In this document: in pieces, positions 1 through 9,469 of the stretch
Layout of the letters: every line of letters starts with the position of its first letter
Numbering within the stretch: position 1 is the stretch's first letter
Source: Nitrospirota bacterium
GTDB taxonomy: Bacteria > Nitrospirota > UBA9217
DNA length: 15,787 nucleotides
NCBI GenBank assembly: GCA_029858565.1
Contig: JAOUEV010000070.1
Span: forward strand, 1 to 15,787
Direction of reading: 5' to 3'
Translations under genes and position numbers: made by a program
The notes under the pieces: generated by a model
What the model was told of the DNA's origin: nothing
Database searches by the model: none
The model's input: only the letters and a program-made list of their open reading frames with translations

Positions 1-75
1 GGGAAGATCTTTGTGACCCCGGTGGACGAGGTCATCCGGATCAGGACGGGCGAACGGGGAGAATCGGCCATATAA
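1..75 (+). CDS. glnB: 3' end of nitrogen regulatory protein P-II (GlnB/GlnK family), partial
   Basis: Frame 1 reads GKIFVTPVDEVIRIRTGERGESAI*, the conserved P-II C-terminus. It lies directly upstream of glnA. glnB and glnK cannot be distinguished from this fragment. Confidence 0.9.
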   Translation, partial: GKIFVTPVDEVIRIRTGERGESAI

Positions 76-161
76 GAACAGAATACGGGGGCGAGAGGGA
101 ACGGGAAACCTTTTGCCTCCTGACTCTTGACTGCTAAATCTTCATTTGAGGAGGAAGCACC

Positions 162-1577
162 ATGGCGACACCGAAAGAAGTTATCAAGCTGGCAAAAGAG
201 AACAAAACGGCAATGGTGGACTTCAAGTTCATGGACTATCCGGGATTGTGGCAGCACTTCTCGGTCCCCGTGGACGAACTGACCGAAGGCATTTTCGAGG
301 AAGGACTGGGTTTTGACGGATCGAGCATCCGCGGCTGGCAGTCGATCCATACCTCGGACATGCTGGTGGTGCCGGATCCTGAGACCGCGGTGATGGACCC
401 CTTCACCCAGTATCCGACGCTGTCGCTCATCTGCAATATCGTGGACCCGATCACCAAGGAGCGCTATTCCCGCGACCCGCGGTACATCGCCCAGAAGGCC
501 GAGTCCTACCTTAAGTCCACGGGCATCGGCGACACCTGCTACATGGGTCCGGAGCCGGAATTCTTCATCTTTGACGACGTTCGCTTTGACCAGAACTCCC
601 ACGAAGGCTACTACCACATCGACAGCTCCGAAGGTATCTGGAACTCGGGCCGCGTTGAAAACCCGAACCTGGGCTACAAGCCCCGCCACAAGGAAGGTTA
701 TTTCCCGGTTCCCCCCATCGACTCGCAGGAGGACATCCGGAGCGAGATGGTGATGGAGATGCAGAAGGTCGGCATCTACGTCGAGCGGCAGCACCATGAA
801 GTGGCCACCGCGGGCCAGGCTGAGATTGATATCCGCTTCAACCCCCTGGTCAAGTGCGCGGATCAGGTCATGTATTTCAAGTACATCATCAAGAACGTTG
901 CAAAGCGCCACAACAAGACCGTGACCTTCATGCCCAAGCCGCTTTTCGGTGACAATGGCTCCGGTATGCACTGCCATCAGTCCATCTGGAAGGGCGGCAA
1001 GCCTCTGTTCCACGGTGACATGTACGCGGGCATGTCCCAGATGGCATTGTGGTACATCGGCGGCATCCTGAAGCACGCAAAGGTGATTGCGGCGTTCACG
1101 AACCCGACCATGAACTCGTACAAGCGTCTGACCCCGGGCTTCGAAGCGCCGGTGAACCTGGCGTATTCCAGCCGGAACCGCTCGGCATCCATCCGCATCC
1201 CCATGTACAGCGCCAATCCCAAAGCCAAGCGCGTCGAGGTTCGCTTCCCCGACCCGTCATGCAACCCGTACCTGGCGTTCGCTGCCATGCTGATGGCGGG
1301 CCTCGACGGCATCGAGAACAAGATCGATCCGGGCCAGCCGCTGGACAAGGACATCTACGACATGGCGCCCGAGGAGCTGGCGGGCGTGCCGTCCATGCCG
1401 GGCTCGCTCGAAGAGGCGCTGGACAACCTCGAAGCAGACCACGACTTCCTGATGAAGGGCGACGTGTTCACCAAGGACGCAATCGAGATGTGGATCCACT
1501 ACAAACGGACGAAGGAAGTGGACGCTCTCCGGCTGCGGCCTCATCCTTATGAGTTCTTCCTGTATTACGACATCTAG
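162..1577 (+). CDS. glnA: Glutamine synthetase type I (GSI-beta-like)
   Basis: 471 aa with motifs [54 protein letters not shown] and EVRFPD. Adenylylation-site-like DKDIYDM. SD GAGGAGG upstream. Confidence 0.98.
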   Translation: MATPKEVIKLAKENKTAMVDFKFMDYPGLWQHFSVPVDELTEGIFEEGLGFDGSSIRGWQSIHTSDMLVVPDPETAVMDPFTQYPTLSLICNIVDPITKERYSRDPRYIAQKAESYLKSTGIGDTCYMGPEPEFFIFDDVRFDQNSHEGYYHIDSSEGIWNSGRVENPNLGYKPRHKEGYFPVPPIDSQEDIRSEMVMEMQKVGIYVERQHHEVATAGQAEIDIRFNPLVKCADQVMYFKYIIKNVAKRHNKTVTFMPKPLFGDNGSGMHCHQSIWKGGKPLFHGDMYAGMSQMALWYIGGILKHAKVIAAFTNPTMNSYKRLTPGFEAPVNLAYSSRNRSASIRIPMYSANPKAKRVEVRFPDPSCNPYLAFAAMLMAGLDGIENKIDPGQPLDKDIYDMAPEELAGVPSMPGSLEEALDNLEADHDFLMKGDVFTKDAIEMWIHYKRTKEVDALRLRPHPYEFFLYYDI

Positions 1578-1605
1578 ACTATCCACCCATAACCAGGTGA
1601 ATGCG

Positions 1606-1641
1606 ACCGGAATCCTCACGATGAGGGTTCCGGTTTTCTTT
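1606..1641 (+). terminator. Intrinsic terminator of glnB-glnA
   Basis: Hairpin ACCGGAATCCTCA-cga-TGAGGGTTCCGGT followed by TTTCTTT, about 30 nt after the glnA stop. Confidence 0.8.
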
Positions 1642-1686
1642 CGATGATAGCAGAGTTCCTCAAACCTGGCATAACTATCAATTATC

Positions 1687-1715
1687 TTGCCATTTATTTT
1701 TCATTATAGTATTCT
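1687..1715 (+). promoter_or_regulatory. Putative sigma70 promoter of the restriction-modification gene
   Basis: TTGCCA-17 bp-TATTCT in an AT-rich stretch, ending 43 nt before the ATG at 1759. Confidence 0.4.
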
Positions 1716-1758
1716 CATCCCATATTAGAAATGATACGAACGGGAACGAGGATGCACG

Positions 1759-4341
1759 ATGCCGATAAACTCGGACAAGACGCATTTGTGGAAAGCCGAT
1801 GTTGAAGAGTCAATCGATTTTTACAATGACTGGTTCCTCCGCTTCGCCCCAGGCACCTACCGCAAGCAGCGCGTCATCCGCACAAAAGAGGTCCTCACCG
1901 CATTTGATAAGACCGGCAACCTGCTTCAGATCACGCCTAACGTCCTGAAGGATAACCCTGGAATTTTACCTATTCTCCGCATGGCCACTACGCCGCCACT
2001 CGCCAGGGACCGAATCATCGGGCTCGCTCACCTTAATAAGGCAATGGTTGGCGCGATGGAAGGCAGCGAAGACAAGCCGCCGCGTCTGCCTGTTCGCATG
2101 GGGAAAACCGAACTCGAAGAGGGTTTGCAGCGAATTTGTGAGATCGTGACGGAGCTTGCAGACCGCGATCTGCTTCCCTGGCTTGCGCTGGGAGAAGAAC
2201 CGTCGGAAATCGAAAAAGATAGGGCAGCCACCGTCATAGCGGACCGTCTTTGCGGTGCGACAACGGACCCCATCATCAGAAATGCACAGGAGAAAAGACA
2301 GCTTGCCGCGCTCAAACGGTGGCTCGAACGCAACGGGTATGAACAGATCGAAACCGAGGACGTGCGGAACCTCGATGAGATGCCCCGCGGCACGTTTACC
2401 TTCCGTCTGAATGTGCCTGTTGGAAAGAAAAAGACCCCTGTCAATATACCCATCGATTGCGTTGTAAAGCCTCTCCATGCCGGCGAACGGGACCTTCCTA
2501 TTTTGATCGAGGCGAAGTCGGCGGGTGACGCGACGAACACCAACAAGCGACGAAAAGAAGAAGCTCAGAAGTTCACGCAGCTTAAAGAGCGCTATGGAAA
2601 GAACGTCGAGTTTGTTTTGCTTCTATGCGGTTACTTCGAGCCAGGCTATCTCGGGTACGAGGCGTCAGAGGGGATTGACTGGATTTGGGAGCATCGGCTG
2701 GATGATTTAAGAGCGCTTCTGATCAAGGTTAAAAAAAAAGCCCGCAGAATCGAAGAAGCCGTAGAACCTTATGAATTGCCGAAGCAGAGTATTACTGAAC
2801 AAGAACGGTTCAAGCTGCAAATATCCGTTGACGGAACGAAAACCCAGGAAGAAAGAAATATTCATGGCCAGTTTTCAACGCCTTATGTCCTGGCTCGCCA
2901 AATAGTAGCAAGATCGCTTGCGGAGCTGCCCTTATCGGAACCAGTCTCTTTTCTTGAGCCCGCCCTTGGCTCAGGGGTGTTTTATTCCGCCTTGATGCAG
3001 GAGATTGGGGACCATGCCATTCTGGAAGCTGTGGGTGTGGAGCAGGATGAGGCATATGCAAAGATAGCGTCTAAGCTTTTCAGTGACAAAGATTTCAACG
3101 TTATCATTCAGGATTTCTTCGTGTTTGCGCGCGCAGCTGAGAATAGCGCTCGCTTTAATCTGCTCTGTACAAACCCGCCCTATGTCAGGCATCATCACAT
3201 TGAATCATCACTAAAGCAGGAATTGCAGAGCCTCGTGCGAGATGCTCTCGGTCTGAAGATCAGCGGCCTTTCGGGATTATATATGTATTTCGTATTATTA
3301 TCGGATGCTCTTCTTGCACCTGGCGGCATTGCGTCCTGGCTCATCCCTTCAGAATTTCTCTATGTAAATTACGGCCAGCCCTTGCGGGATTACTTGAGCA
3401 AACAAGTAACCCTCTTAAGCATTCATCAATTCGATCCAGCTACTGTCCAGTTCGACGACGCGCTCGTCTCTTCCTGCGTCGTTACCTATAAGAAGACACG
3501 CCCGACTGGAAAAGCATCGTTTAGCTTCACTTTCGGCGGCAGCATAGTTCACCCCTCTGAAACGAGGACGGTAGATCTTTTCAACCGGGACAGTGCGCAG
3601 AAGTGGAGCTTGCTTCATTTTGACCAGGACGCGGTACTGCATGGCGAAAGGGATATTCTTTCCGATTTCTTTGACATCCGGCGCGGTGTTGCAACTGGTG
3701 CGAATGAATTTTTCATCATCAGTCCTGAAATTATAAGGGAATATTCGATACCGCGTAAATTCCTGAAGCCTATTCTTCCCAGTCCGCGTTATTTGACTCA
3801 GGACGTGATCGAAGCGAATTCCGACGGAACACCGAAGATTGAAAACATGAAATTCCTCTTGGACTGCAATCTCCCACCTGATGTTGTAAAAGAACGCTAT
3901 TCCGGTCTCTGGCAGTACTTCCAAACCGGCAAGAAACAAGGGCTGCATGAGCGGTACCTCTGCGCAAGCAAAGAAGTCTGGTATTTCCAGGAAAAGCGCG
4001 CCCCATCGCACTATATGGCAACGTACATGGGCCGATCAAATGGCAATGACCAGGCCCCGATCCGATTTTATCTCAATCACTCCCAGGCGATCGCTACAAA
4101 CGTTTTTCTGCATCTTTATCCGAAGTCGTCTATGATGAACTTACTCAAGGAGCATCCGGATCGAATGAAAGAGCTACTCGACCTAATGAATGCCATTCCA
4201 TTGCAGGAATTCATGCGCGTTGGTCGGGCATACGGCGGGGGCCTGCATAAAGTAGAGCCGGGGGAGTTAAAGAATCTTGCATTTGGTCACTTGCCGGAGT
4301 GGATGACGGGGATAACGGAGAAGCAAATGCAATTGATTTGA
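1759..4341 (+). CDS. Fused restriction-modification protein: N-terminal XamI-like PD-(D/E)xK endonuclease and C-terminal gamma-class N6-adenine DNA methyltransferase
   Basis: The first ~320 aa resemble XamI-family REases (WKADVEESIDFYNDWF; IDCV...IEAKSAGDATNTNKRRKEE; GIDWIWEH). The C-terminal part has GQFSTP, motif I FLEPALGSG and motif IV NPPY in gamma order. It is visibly more AT-rich than glnA. Confidence 0.85.
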   Translation: MPINSDKTHLWKADVEESIDFYNDWFLRFAPGTYRKQRVIRTKEVLTAFDKTGNLLQITPNVLKDNPGILPILRMATTPPLARDRIIGLAHLNKAMVGAMEGSEDKPPRLPVRMGKTELEEGLQRICEIVTELADRDLLPWLALGEEPSEIEKDRAATVIADRLCGATTDPIIRNAQEKRQLAALKRWLERNGYEQIETEDVRNLDEMPRGTFTFRLNVPVGKKKTPVNIPIDCVVKPLHAGERDLPILIEAKSAGDATNTNKRRKEEAQKFTQLKERYGKNVEFVLLLCGYFEPGYLGYEASEGIDWIWEHRLDDLRALLIKVKKKARRIEEAVEPYELPKQSITEQERFKLQISVDGTKTQEERNIHGQFSTPYVLARQIVARSLAELPLSEPVSFLEPALGSGVFYSALMQEIGDHAILEAVGVEQDEAYAKIASKLFSDKDFNVIIQDFFVFARAAENSARFNLLCTNPPYVRHHHIESSLKQELQSLVRDALGLKISGLSGLYMYFVLLSDALLAPGGIASWLIPSEFLYVNYGQPLRDYLSKQVTLLSIHQFDPATVQFDDALVSSCVVTYKKTRPTGKASFSFTFGGSIVHPSETRTVDLFNRDSAQKWSLLHFDQDAVLHGERDILSDFFDIRRGVATGANEFFIISPEIIREYSIPRKFLKPILPSPRYLTQDVIEANSDGTPKIENMKFLLDCNLPPDVVKERYSGLWQYFQTGKKQGLHERYLCASKEVWYFQEKRAPSHYMATYMGRSNGNDQAPIRFYLNHSQAIATNVFLHLYPKSSMMNLLKEHPDRMKELLDLMNAIPLQEFMRVGRAYGGGLHKVEPGELKNLAFGHLPEWMTGITEKQMQLI
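2731..2739 (+). repeat. A9 homopolymer at the endonuclease/methyltransferase junction
   Basis: GTT AAA AAA AAA GCC: nine A's, in frame as KKK, about 12 codons after the IWEH motif that ends the REase domain. Confidence 0.95.
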
Positions 4342-4422
4342 ACAGCAATAGTTGAGAAGTGACTCCGAGGTTTGCACAGATATCTTGAGCGATTCAATAT
4401 TCAGATATCCGACCAGGTGGGC

Positions 4423-4469
4423 AAAACAGAACCGGGGCTCTTCAAGAAGAGTGCCCCGGTTTTTTGTTT
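4423..4469. terminator. Likely bidirectional terminator between the convergent RM gene and higA
   Basis: AAAACAGAACCGGGGC-TCTTC-aa-GAAGA-gt-GCCCCGGTTTTTTGTTT: a long stem with A-rich and T-rich flanks. Confidence 0.75.
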
Positions 4470-4532
4470 CTCAATGTCAGCATCGTCATGCGATAAGAAA
4501 ATCTCCGGGACGTAGTGACCGAAATGGACTTT

Positions 4533-4841
4533 CTATGCCGCTTTTTCCCCCTGCAGCGGTTTAATCCCATCAATTGTCTTTTTTGATTTGACCATTGCCC
4601 AGTACAGATCGTAATCCGCCTGGAGGCCGAGCCAGACATCCGGCGTGGTCCCGAAATACCGGGACAGACGAAGCGCCATGTCCGGGCTTATACTCCGCCT
4701 CTCGTTCAGGATTTCGTTGATGGTCCGAAAGGAAGTCTTGAGCGCCTTCGCAAGCTCGGTCTGCGTGGTCCCGAGAGGTGACAGGAAATCTTCTTTCAAT
4801 ATTACGCCGGGATGCGTCGGGCGTCTCTTTACTTGAAGCAT
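4533..4841 (-). CDS. higA: HigA-family (XRE HTH) addiction-module antitoxin
   Basis: 102 aa with HPGVILKEDFL, INEILNERRSISPDMALRLSRYFGTTPDVWLGLQADYDL. SD AAGGAG at 4851-4856. Confidence 0.92.
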   Translation of the reverse strand: MLQVKRRPTHPGVILKEDFLSPLGTTQTELAKALKTSFRTINEILNERRSISPDMALRLSRYFGTTPDVWLGLQADYDLYWAMVKSKKTIDGIKPLQGEKAA

Positions 4842-4858
4842 CGTGATACTCTCCTTAA

Positions 4859-4918
4859 ATATGCTCCTTTGAAGCCGCCTTTCAGCGTTTCCAAACGATT
4901 GCCAGGCGGGGCCTCAAG
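4859..4918 (-). pseudogene. higB: 20-codon remnant of a HigB (RelE-superfamily) toxin gene
   Basis: The minus strand reads LEAPPGNRLETLKGGFKGAY, matching the HigB PPGNRLExLKG...G signature. It has no ATG and no C-terminal part, and sits immediately upstream of the higA SD. Confidence 0.75.
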
Positions 4919-4922
4919 CGAC

Positions 4923-4950
4923 AGTGTAACACATAGTGCTATAATCGCAA
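4923..4950 (-). promoter_or_regulatory. Putative higBA promoter with overlapping operator-like inverted repeat
   Basis: Minus strand TTGCGA-16 bp-TACACT. Imperfect inverted repeat TGTAACAC-ata-GTGCTATA (4925-4943, 6/8 match) overlaps the spacer and -10. Confidence 0.5.
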
Positions 4951-5010
4951 GAGCAATTTCAATAGGCGCTGTCGATGTGTATCACGATCAAGACGCGGGA
5001 GAATGGCAAC

Positions 5011-5040
5011 AAAAAGGAGCCCGGTTTCGGGCTCCTTTTT
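5011..5040 (-). terminator. Intrinsic terminator of the GSIII gene (symmetric)
   Basis: Perfect hairpin AAAAAGGAGCCCG-gttt-CGGGCTCCTTTTT, 26 nt past the GSIII stop. Confidence 0.9.
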
Positions 5041-5066
5041 ATTTCGCATCTTTTTGTTGAAGGCCT

Positions 5067-7154
5067 TTAGAGGTTGAACAGCATTTCCGCATAAGTCGGC
5101 AAAGGCCACTGGTCAGCGGAAACGATCTTTTCCAGGGCATCGCCGTCCGCCCGCAATGCGAGCATCCGGGCGAACACGTTCTTTCTGAAAGCAGCGGCTT
5201 GTTCAGCGACGTCAGAGATCTTCAGCGTGGCATCGAGGGTCTGCTCCAGCGCCTTGACGTTCTTGTTCATCGAGGACAGCGAATTGGAGATGTTTTCCAG
5301 CAGCTCTCTCTGGGCCGACACATCGAGCTTGTCGGATACGGCGGCGACTGCAGAAAGAGACTGGGCGACCTCTGCTGCAAAGGAAGCGGCAGCCGGCATG
5401 ATTTTGTGCTTGGCCATGTCGATCATGGTCCGGGCTTCTATGTTGAGCGTCTTGTTATACTGCTCGACCATGATGTCGTAGCGCGAATGCACTTCCTTTT
5501 CCGTAAAGACCTTGTGGGTAACGAACAGCTCGACCGCTTCCTTCGTTACCAGTTCCTTCAGCGCTTCAGGGGTGTTCGGGATGTTCTTCAGGCCGCGCTT
5601 CTCAGCTTCCTTGACCCATGCATCGGAATAGTTATTGCCGTTGAAGACGATGCGTTTGTGCTTCCTGGCGGTCTCCTGAAGGATCTTCTGCAGGTCGCCG
5701 GAGAAATCCTTCGACTTTTCCAGTTTGTCCGCGAACTGCTTCAGCGCATCAGCAATGATGGTGTTGATAACGACGTTCGGGCCCGCGATGGAGAAGGAGG
5801 ATCCGACCATGCGGAACTCGAACTTGTTGCCCGTAAAGGCAAAGGGAGATGTCCTGTTCCGGTCGGTCGTGTCCTTCGGTAGTGCGGGGAGCGTCGTCAC
5901 GCCGATCTGCATGTCCCCGCTCTTGGTGGAGGATTTTGCCCCGCCTTTTTCGATCTGGTCGACGATGTCGGCAAGTTGGTCGCCCAGGAATATGGAGATG
6001 ATGGCCGGAGGCGCCTCGTTCGCGCCAAGACGGTGGTCGTTGCCTGCATTGGCGCAGGACGCGCGCAGAAGACCGGCATGCTCGTCAACAGCCTTGATGA
6101 CGGCCATCAGGAAGGTCAGGAACTGAATATTATCGTGCGGGGTGTGGCCCGGCTCAAGCAGATTCTGTCCGTCGTTGGAGCTCATGGACCAGTTGTTGTG
6201 CTTGCCCGAGCCGTTCACGCCGGCAAAGGGTTTTTCATGGAGCAGGCAGACCATGTCATGCCTGATCGCGATGCGCTTCAGCACATCCATGATCATCTGA
6301 TTGTGGTCGGTCGCGATGTTGGTCGTTTCGAAGATCGGGGCGAGCTCGAACTGCCCGGGGGCGACCTCGTTGTGCTGGGTCTTTGCGGTAACGCCGAGCT
6401 TCCAAAGTTCGGTATTTACTTCCTTCATGTAGGAAATGACCCGTTCCTTGATGCTGCCGAAATAGTGGTCTTCCATTTCCTGCCCCTTGGGGGGCATGGC
6501 GCCGAACAGTGTCCTGCCGGCCATCAGCAGATCGAGCCGGTCGAGGAAGTAGGATTTGTCGATCAGGAAATATTCCTGCTCAGGACCGACGGTCGACGTT
6601 ACCCGTGTGGCGGTTGTGTTCCCGAAGAGTTTGAGTATTCTCGTTGCCTGGGTTGAAAGCGCCTCCATGGAGCGAAGCAGAGGGGTCTTCTTGTCCAGGG
6701 CCTCGCCGGTATAGGAACAGAAGGCGGTCGGGATGCAGAGGGTGATGACATCCGCTTCTTCCCTGAGGAATGCGGGAGACGTGCAGTCCCAGGCGGTATA
6801 GCCCCTTGCTTCGAAGGTGGACCTCAGACCGCCGCTCGGGAAGGAAGAAGCATCGGGCTCGCCCTTGATCAGTTCCTTGCCGGAAAATTCCATCAAAATG
6901 CCGTTGTCGGTCGGTGTGATGAAGGAGTCATGCTTTTCCGCGGTGACGCCGGTCATCGGCTGGAACCAATGGGTGAAATGTGTTGCGCCTCTTTCAATGG
7001 CCCAATCTCTCATGACGGTAGCAACCACATCGGCAATGGATGGGTCCAGCGGCAAACCTTCATCAATGGTTTTTTTCAGATTTTTGTAAACAGCCTTTGG
7101 CAGTTTCTCTCTCATTACATCTTGATTGAATACATTCTTGCCGAAAATCTCCAT
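5067..7154 (-). CDS. glnN: Glutamine synthetase type III
   Basis: 695 aa with GSIII motifs [80 protein letters not shown] and WPLPTY. Confidence 0.96.
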   Translation of the reverse strand: MEIFGKNVFNQDVMREKLPKAVYKNLKKTIDEGLPLDPSIADVVATVMRDWAIERGATHFTHWFQPMTGVTAEKHDSFITPTDNGILMEFSGKELIKGEPDASSFPSGGLRSTFEARGYTAWDCTSPAFLREEADVITLCIPTAFCSYTGEALDKKTPLLRSMEALSTQATRILKLFGNTTATRVTSTVGPEQEYFLIDKSYFLDRLDLLMAGRTLFGAMPPKGQEMEDHYFGSIKERVISYMKEVNTELWKLGVTAKTQHNEVAPGQFELAPIFETTNIATDHNQMIMDVLKRIAIRHDMVCLLHEKPFAGVNGSGKHNNWSMSSNDGQNLLEPGHTPHDNIQFLTFLMAVIKAVDEHAGLLRASCANAGNDHRLGANEAPPAIISIFLGDQLADIVDQIEKGGAKSSTKSGDMQIGVTTLPALPKDTTDRNRTSPFAFTGNKFEFRMVGSSFSIAGPNVVINTIIADALKQFADKLEKSKDFSGDLQKILQETARKHKRIVFNGNNYSDAWVKEAEKRGLKNIPNTPEALKELVTKEAVELFVTHKVFTEKEVHSRYDIMVEQYNKTLNIEARTMIDMAKHKIMPAAASFAAEVAQSLSAVAAVSDKLDVSAQRELLENISNSLSSMNKNVKALEQTLDATLKISDVAEQAAAFRKNVFARMLALRADGDALEKIVSADQWPLPTYAEMLFNL

Positions 7155-7210
7155 TTTGTTCTCGCTCCTTACTCATTGTGTTATTGCTTCAAAGACAACT
7201 TCCATATAAG

Positions 7211-7227
7211 AGCAAGATATGTGCCCA
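7211..7227 (-). promoter_or_regulatory. Sigma54 (-24/-12) promoter of glnN
   Basis: Minus strand TGGGCACATATCTTGCT gives GG-N10-GC with GGCAC and TTGC, about 57 nt upstream of the glnN ATG. Confidence 0.8.
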
Positions 7228-7355
7228 TTTTCTAAAAATGCATTGTGTAAGTGGAAGGTAAAGTTAACTTTTTGTATTATTAGACGTTTTTTTTTACTAA
7301 AACGAAAAAAATCAGCTGATCATGAGTGGAAAAAAGTCATATTTAAAATAAAAAG

Positions 7356-7391
7356 TGATAATAAAATAGGCACATGCTTAAAAAATAATCA
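7356..7391. promoter_or_regulatory. Two tandem NtrC-like enhancer sites for the glnN sigma54 promoter
   Basis: The 17-bp imperfect palindromes TGATAATAAAATAGGCA (7356-7372) and TGCTTAAAAAATAATCA (7375-7391) each approximate TGC-N11-GCA with an AT-rich core. They lie 130-165 bp upstream of the -24 box, across an AT-rich spacer. Confidence 0.5.
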
Positions 7392-7410
7392 AATGTTTTT
7401 CCCGAACAGG

Positions 7411-7476
7411 CTCGGAGAGGTGCTGGACAACCTCGAGGCAAATCACGACTTCCTGCTGAAGGGTGATGTGTTCACT
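7411..7476 (+). pseudogene. Diverged 66-bp duplicate of a glnA 3' segment (direct repeat of 1407-1472)
   Basis: 57/66 nt identical by manual alignment. It encodes LGEVLDNLEANHDFLLKGDVFT versus gln[23 protein letters not shown]. Confidence 0.9.
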
Positions 7477-7497
7477 GGTGCAGCGGGTATGAGCGTT

Positions 7498-7551
7498 CGG
7501 CTCGTGCGTATGGGAAGTGAGCTCGTGACATTTTGTCATGAGCTGACGTTA
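7498..7551 (+). pseudogene. Possible short remnant of a Bro-N/antirepressor-like gene, containing a 25-bp palindrome
   Basis: Reads RLVRMGSELVTFCHELTL, resembling the 'RLxxEGSExVTxCHxLK' segment I recall from Bro-N-domain proteins. Inverted repeat AGCTCGTGACA-ttt-TGTCATGAGCT at 7520-7544. Confidence 0.4.
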
Positions 7552-7563
7552 CTGAAATTCCGG

Positions 7564-7596
7564 AAAAAGGGTGGGGGCAAATTGCCACACCCCCTT
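7564..7596 (-). terminator. Putative terminator of hicBA
   Basis: Minus-strand imperfect hairpin GGGTGTGGCAA-t-TTGCCCCCACCC followed by TTTTT, about 70 nt past the hicA stop. Confidence 0.45.
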
Positions 7597-7668
7597 GATC
7601 GAACCGTCCGGAAAAATCGGACAACTGCAATTTGTTTCGACGACCATAGTGGGCAGACATGGAGAGTT

Positions 7669-7914
7669 TTATTCGCTGTAAAAATGTGGTTTCAGCTCTG
7701 TCTCGGGGATATACCGCGACGCTTGACGGAAAATGGCTTTGAGAGTTCCTTTATCCAATTCGGGATGGGCGGGAATTGTAAGAGGCTGTTTCGAACCATC
7801 CGGAAGACTACGAACAAGCTTGACATGGCTGCCCTTTTGACCTGCTATGACGAAGCCGAACAGCGCAAGTATTTTGATGACGTCTTGACCGGAGAGTCTT
7901 TTCAGCTTAGGCAT
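7669..7914 (-). CDS. hicA: HicA-family mRNA interferase toxin
   Basis: 81 aa with LSGQDVIKIL...GF...QKGSHVKL...TIPAH-ELDKGTLKAIFRQA; the catalytic GSH is intact. It overlaps the upstream hicB by 8 nt. Confidence 0.92.
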   Translation of the reverse strand: MPKLKRLSGQDVIKILALFGFVIAGQKGSHVKLVRSLPDGSKQPLTIPAHPELDKGTLKAIFRQASRYIPETELKPHFYSE

Positions 7915-8134
7915 GGACGAGGGTATCGATTTCGAGGTTGGCGATGATTGTCGGCTGTGGGACGAGGTCGTAATCAGTGAGGTTTTCTCCCTCTAAATGC
8001 AGTTCAACAGCTTCTCTGAGGTTTGCCACAACTTCATCCAGGGTTTTCCCCTGGGTAACGACGGGCAGGTCGATACATTCGGCAACGTAAAATTGTTCGC
8101 CTTTGTATATATGGACTTGAATGATTTTTTTCAT
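7907..8134 (-). CDS. hicB: Short HicB-family antitoxin (no C-terminal DNA-binding domain)
   Basis: 75 aa from ATG 8134 with YVAECIDLPVVTQGKTLDEVVANLREAVELHLE, the HicB-like partial RNase H fold signature. Gene order is hicB then hicA. Confidence 0.88.
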   Translation of the reverse strand: MKKIIQVHIYKGEQFYVAECIDLPVVTQGKTLDEVVANLREAVELHLEGENLTDYDLVPQPTIIANLEIDTLVHA

Positions 8135-8140
8135 GAACAA

Positions 8141-8169
8141 TTTATAGCAGTTATGCGGGGCAAAGTCAA
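8141..8169 (-). promoter_or_regulatory. Sigma70 promoter of hicBA, probably yielding a leaderless mRNA
   Basis: Minus strand TTGACT-17 bp-TATAAA. The hicB ATG begins 7 nt after the -10 box and no SD is visible. Confidence 0.7.
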
Positions 8170-8172
8170 TGC

Positions 8173-8200
8173 TCGAAAGGGCTGTATCGAAAGGGCTGTA
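8173..8200 (+). repeat. Perfect 14-bp tandem duplication (TCGAAAGGGCTGTA x2)
   Basis: 8173-8186 is identical to 8187-8200, in the hicB/cas1 divergent intergenic region. Confidence 0.95.
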
Positions 8201-8247
8201 GGTGTTAAACAGCCTGAACGGTTAATACGTTCCTGCGAGGTATCGTC

Positions 8248-9469
<1,222 letters not shown>

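Noticed and set aside
4405-4465. ACCAGGTG plus ACCGG...CCGGTTTT resembling the post-glnA region 1592-1637 as a target-site duplication around the RM gene
   Set aside because: Shared identity is limited to 8 bp and generic terminator ends, which is insufficient.
7219-7947. 242-aa plus-strand ORF
   Set aside because: Likely a chance chimera. It crosses the AT-rich glnN promoter, the glnA fragment and the antisense of hicA, and has no coherent domain.
4533-8140. Integron cassette array explanation for the TA and RM genes
   Set aside because: No integron integrase, and no convincing paired RYYYAAC/GTTRRRY attC structures were found.
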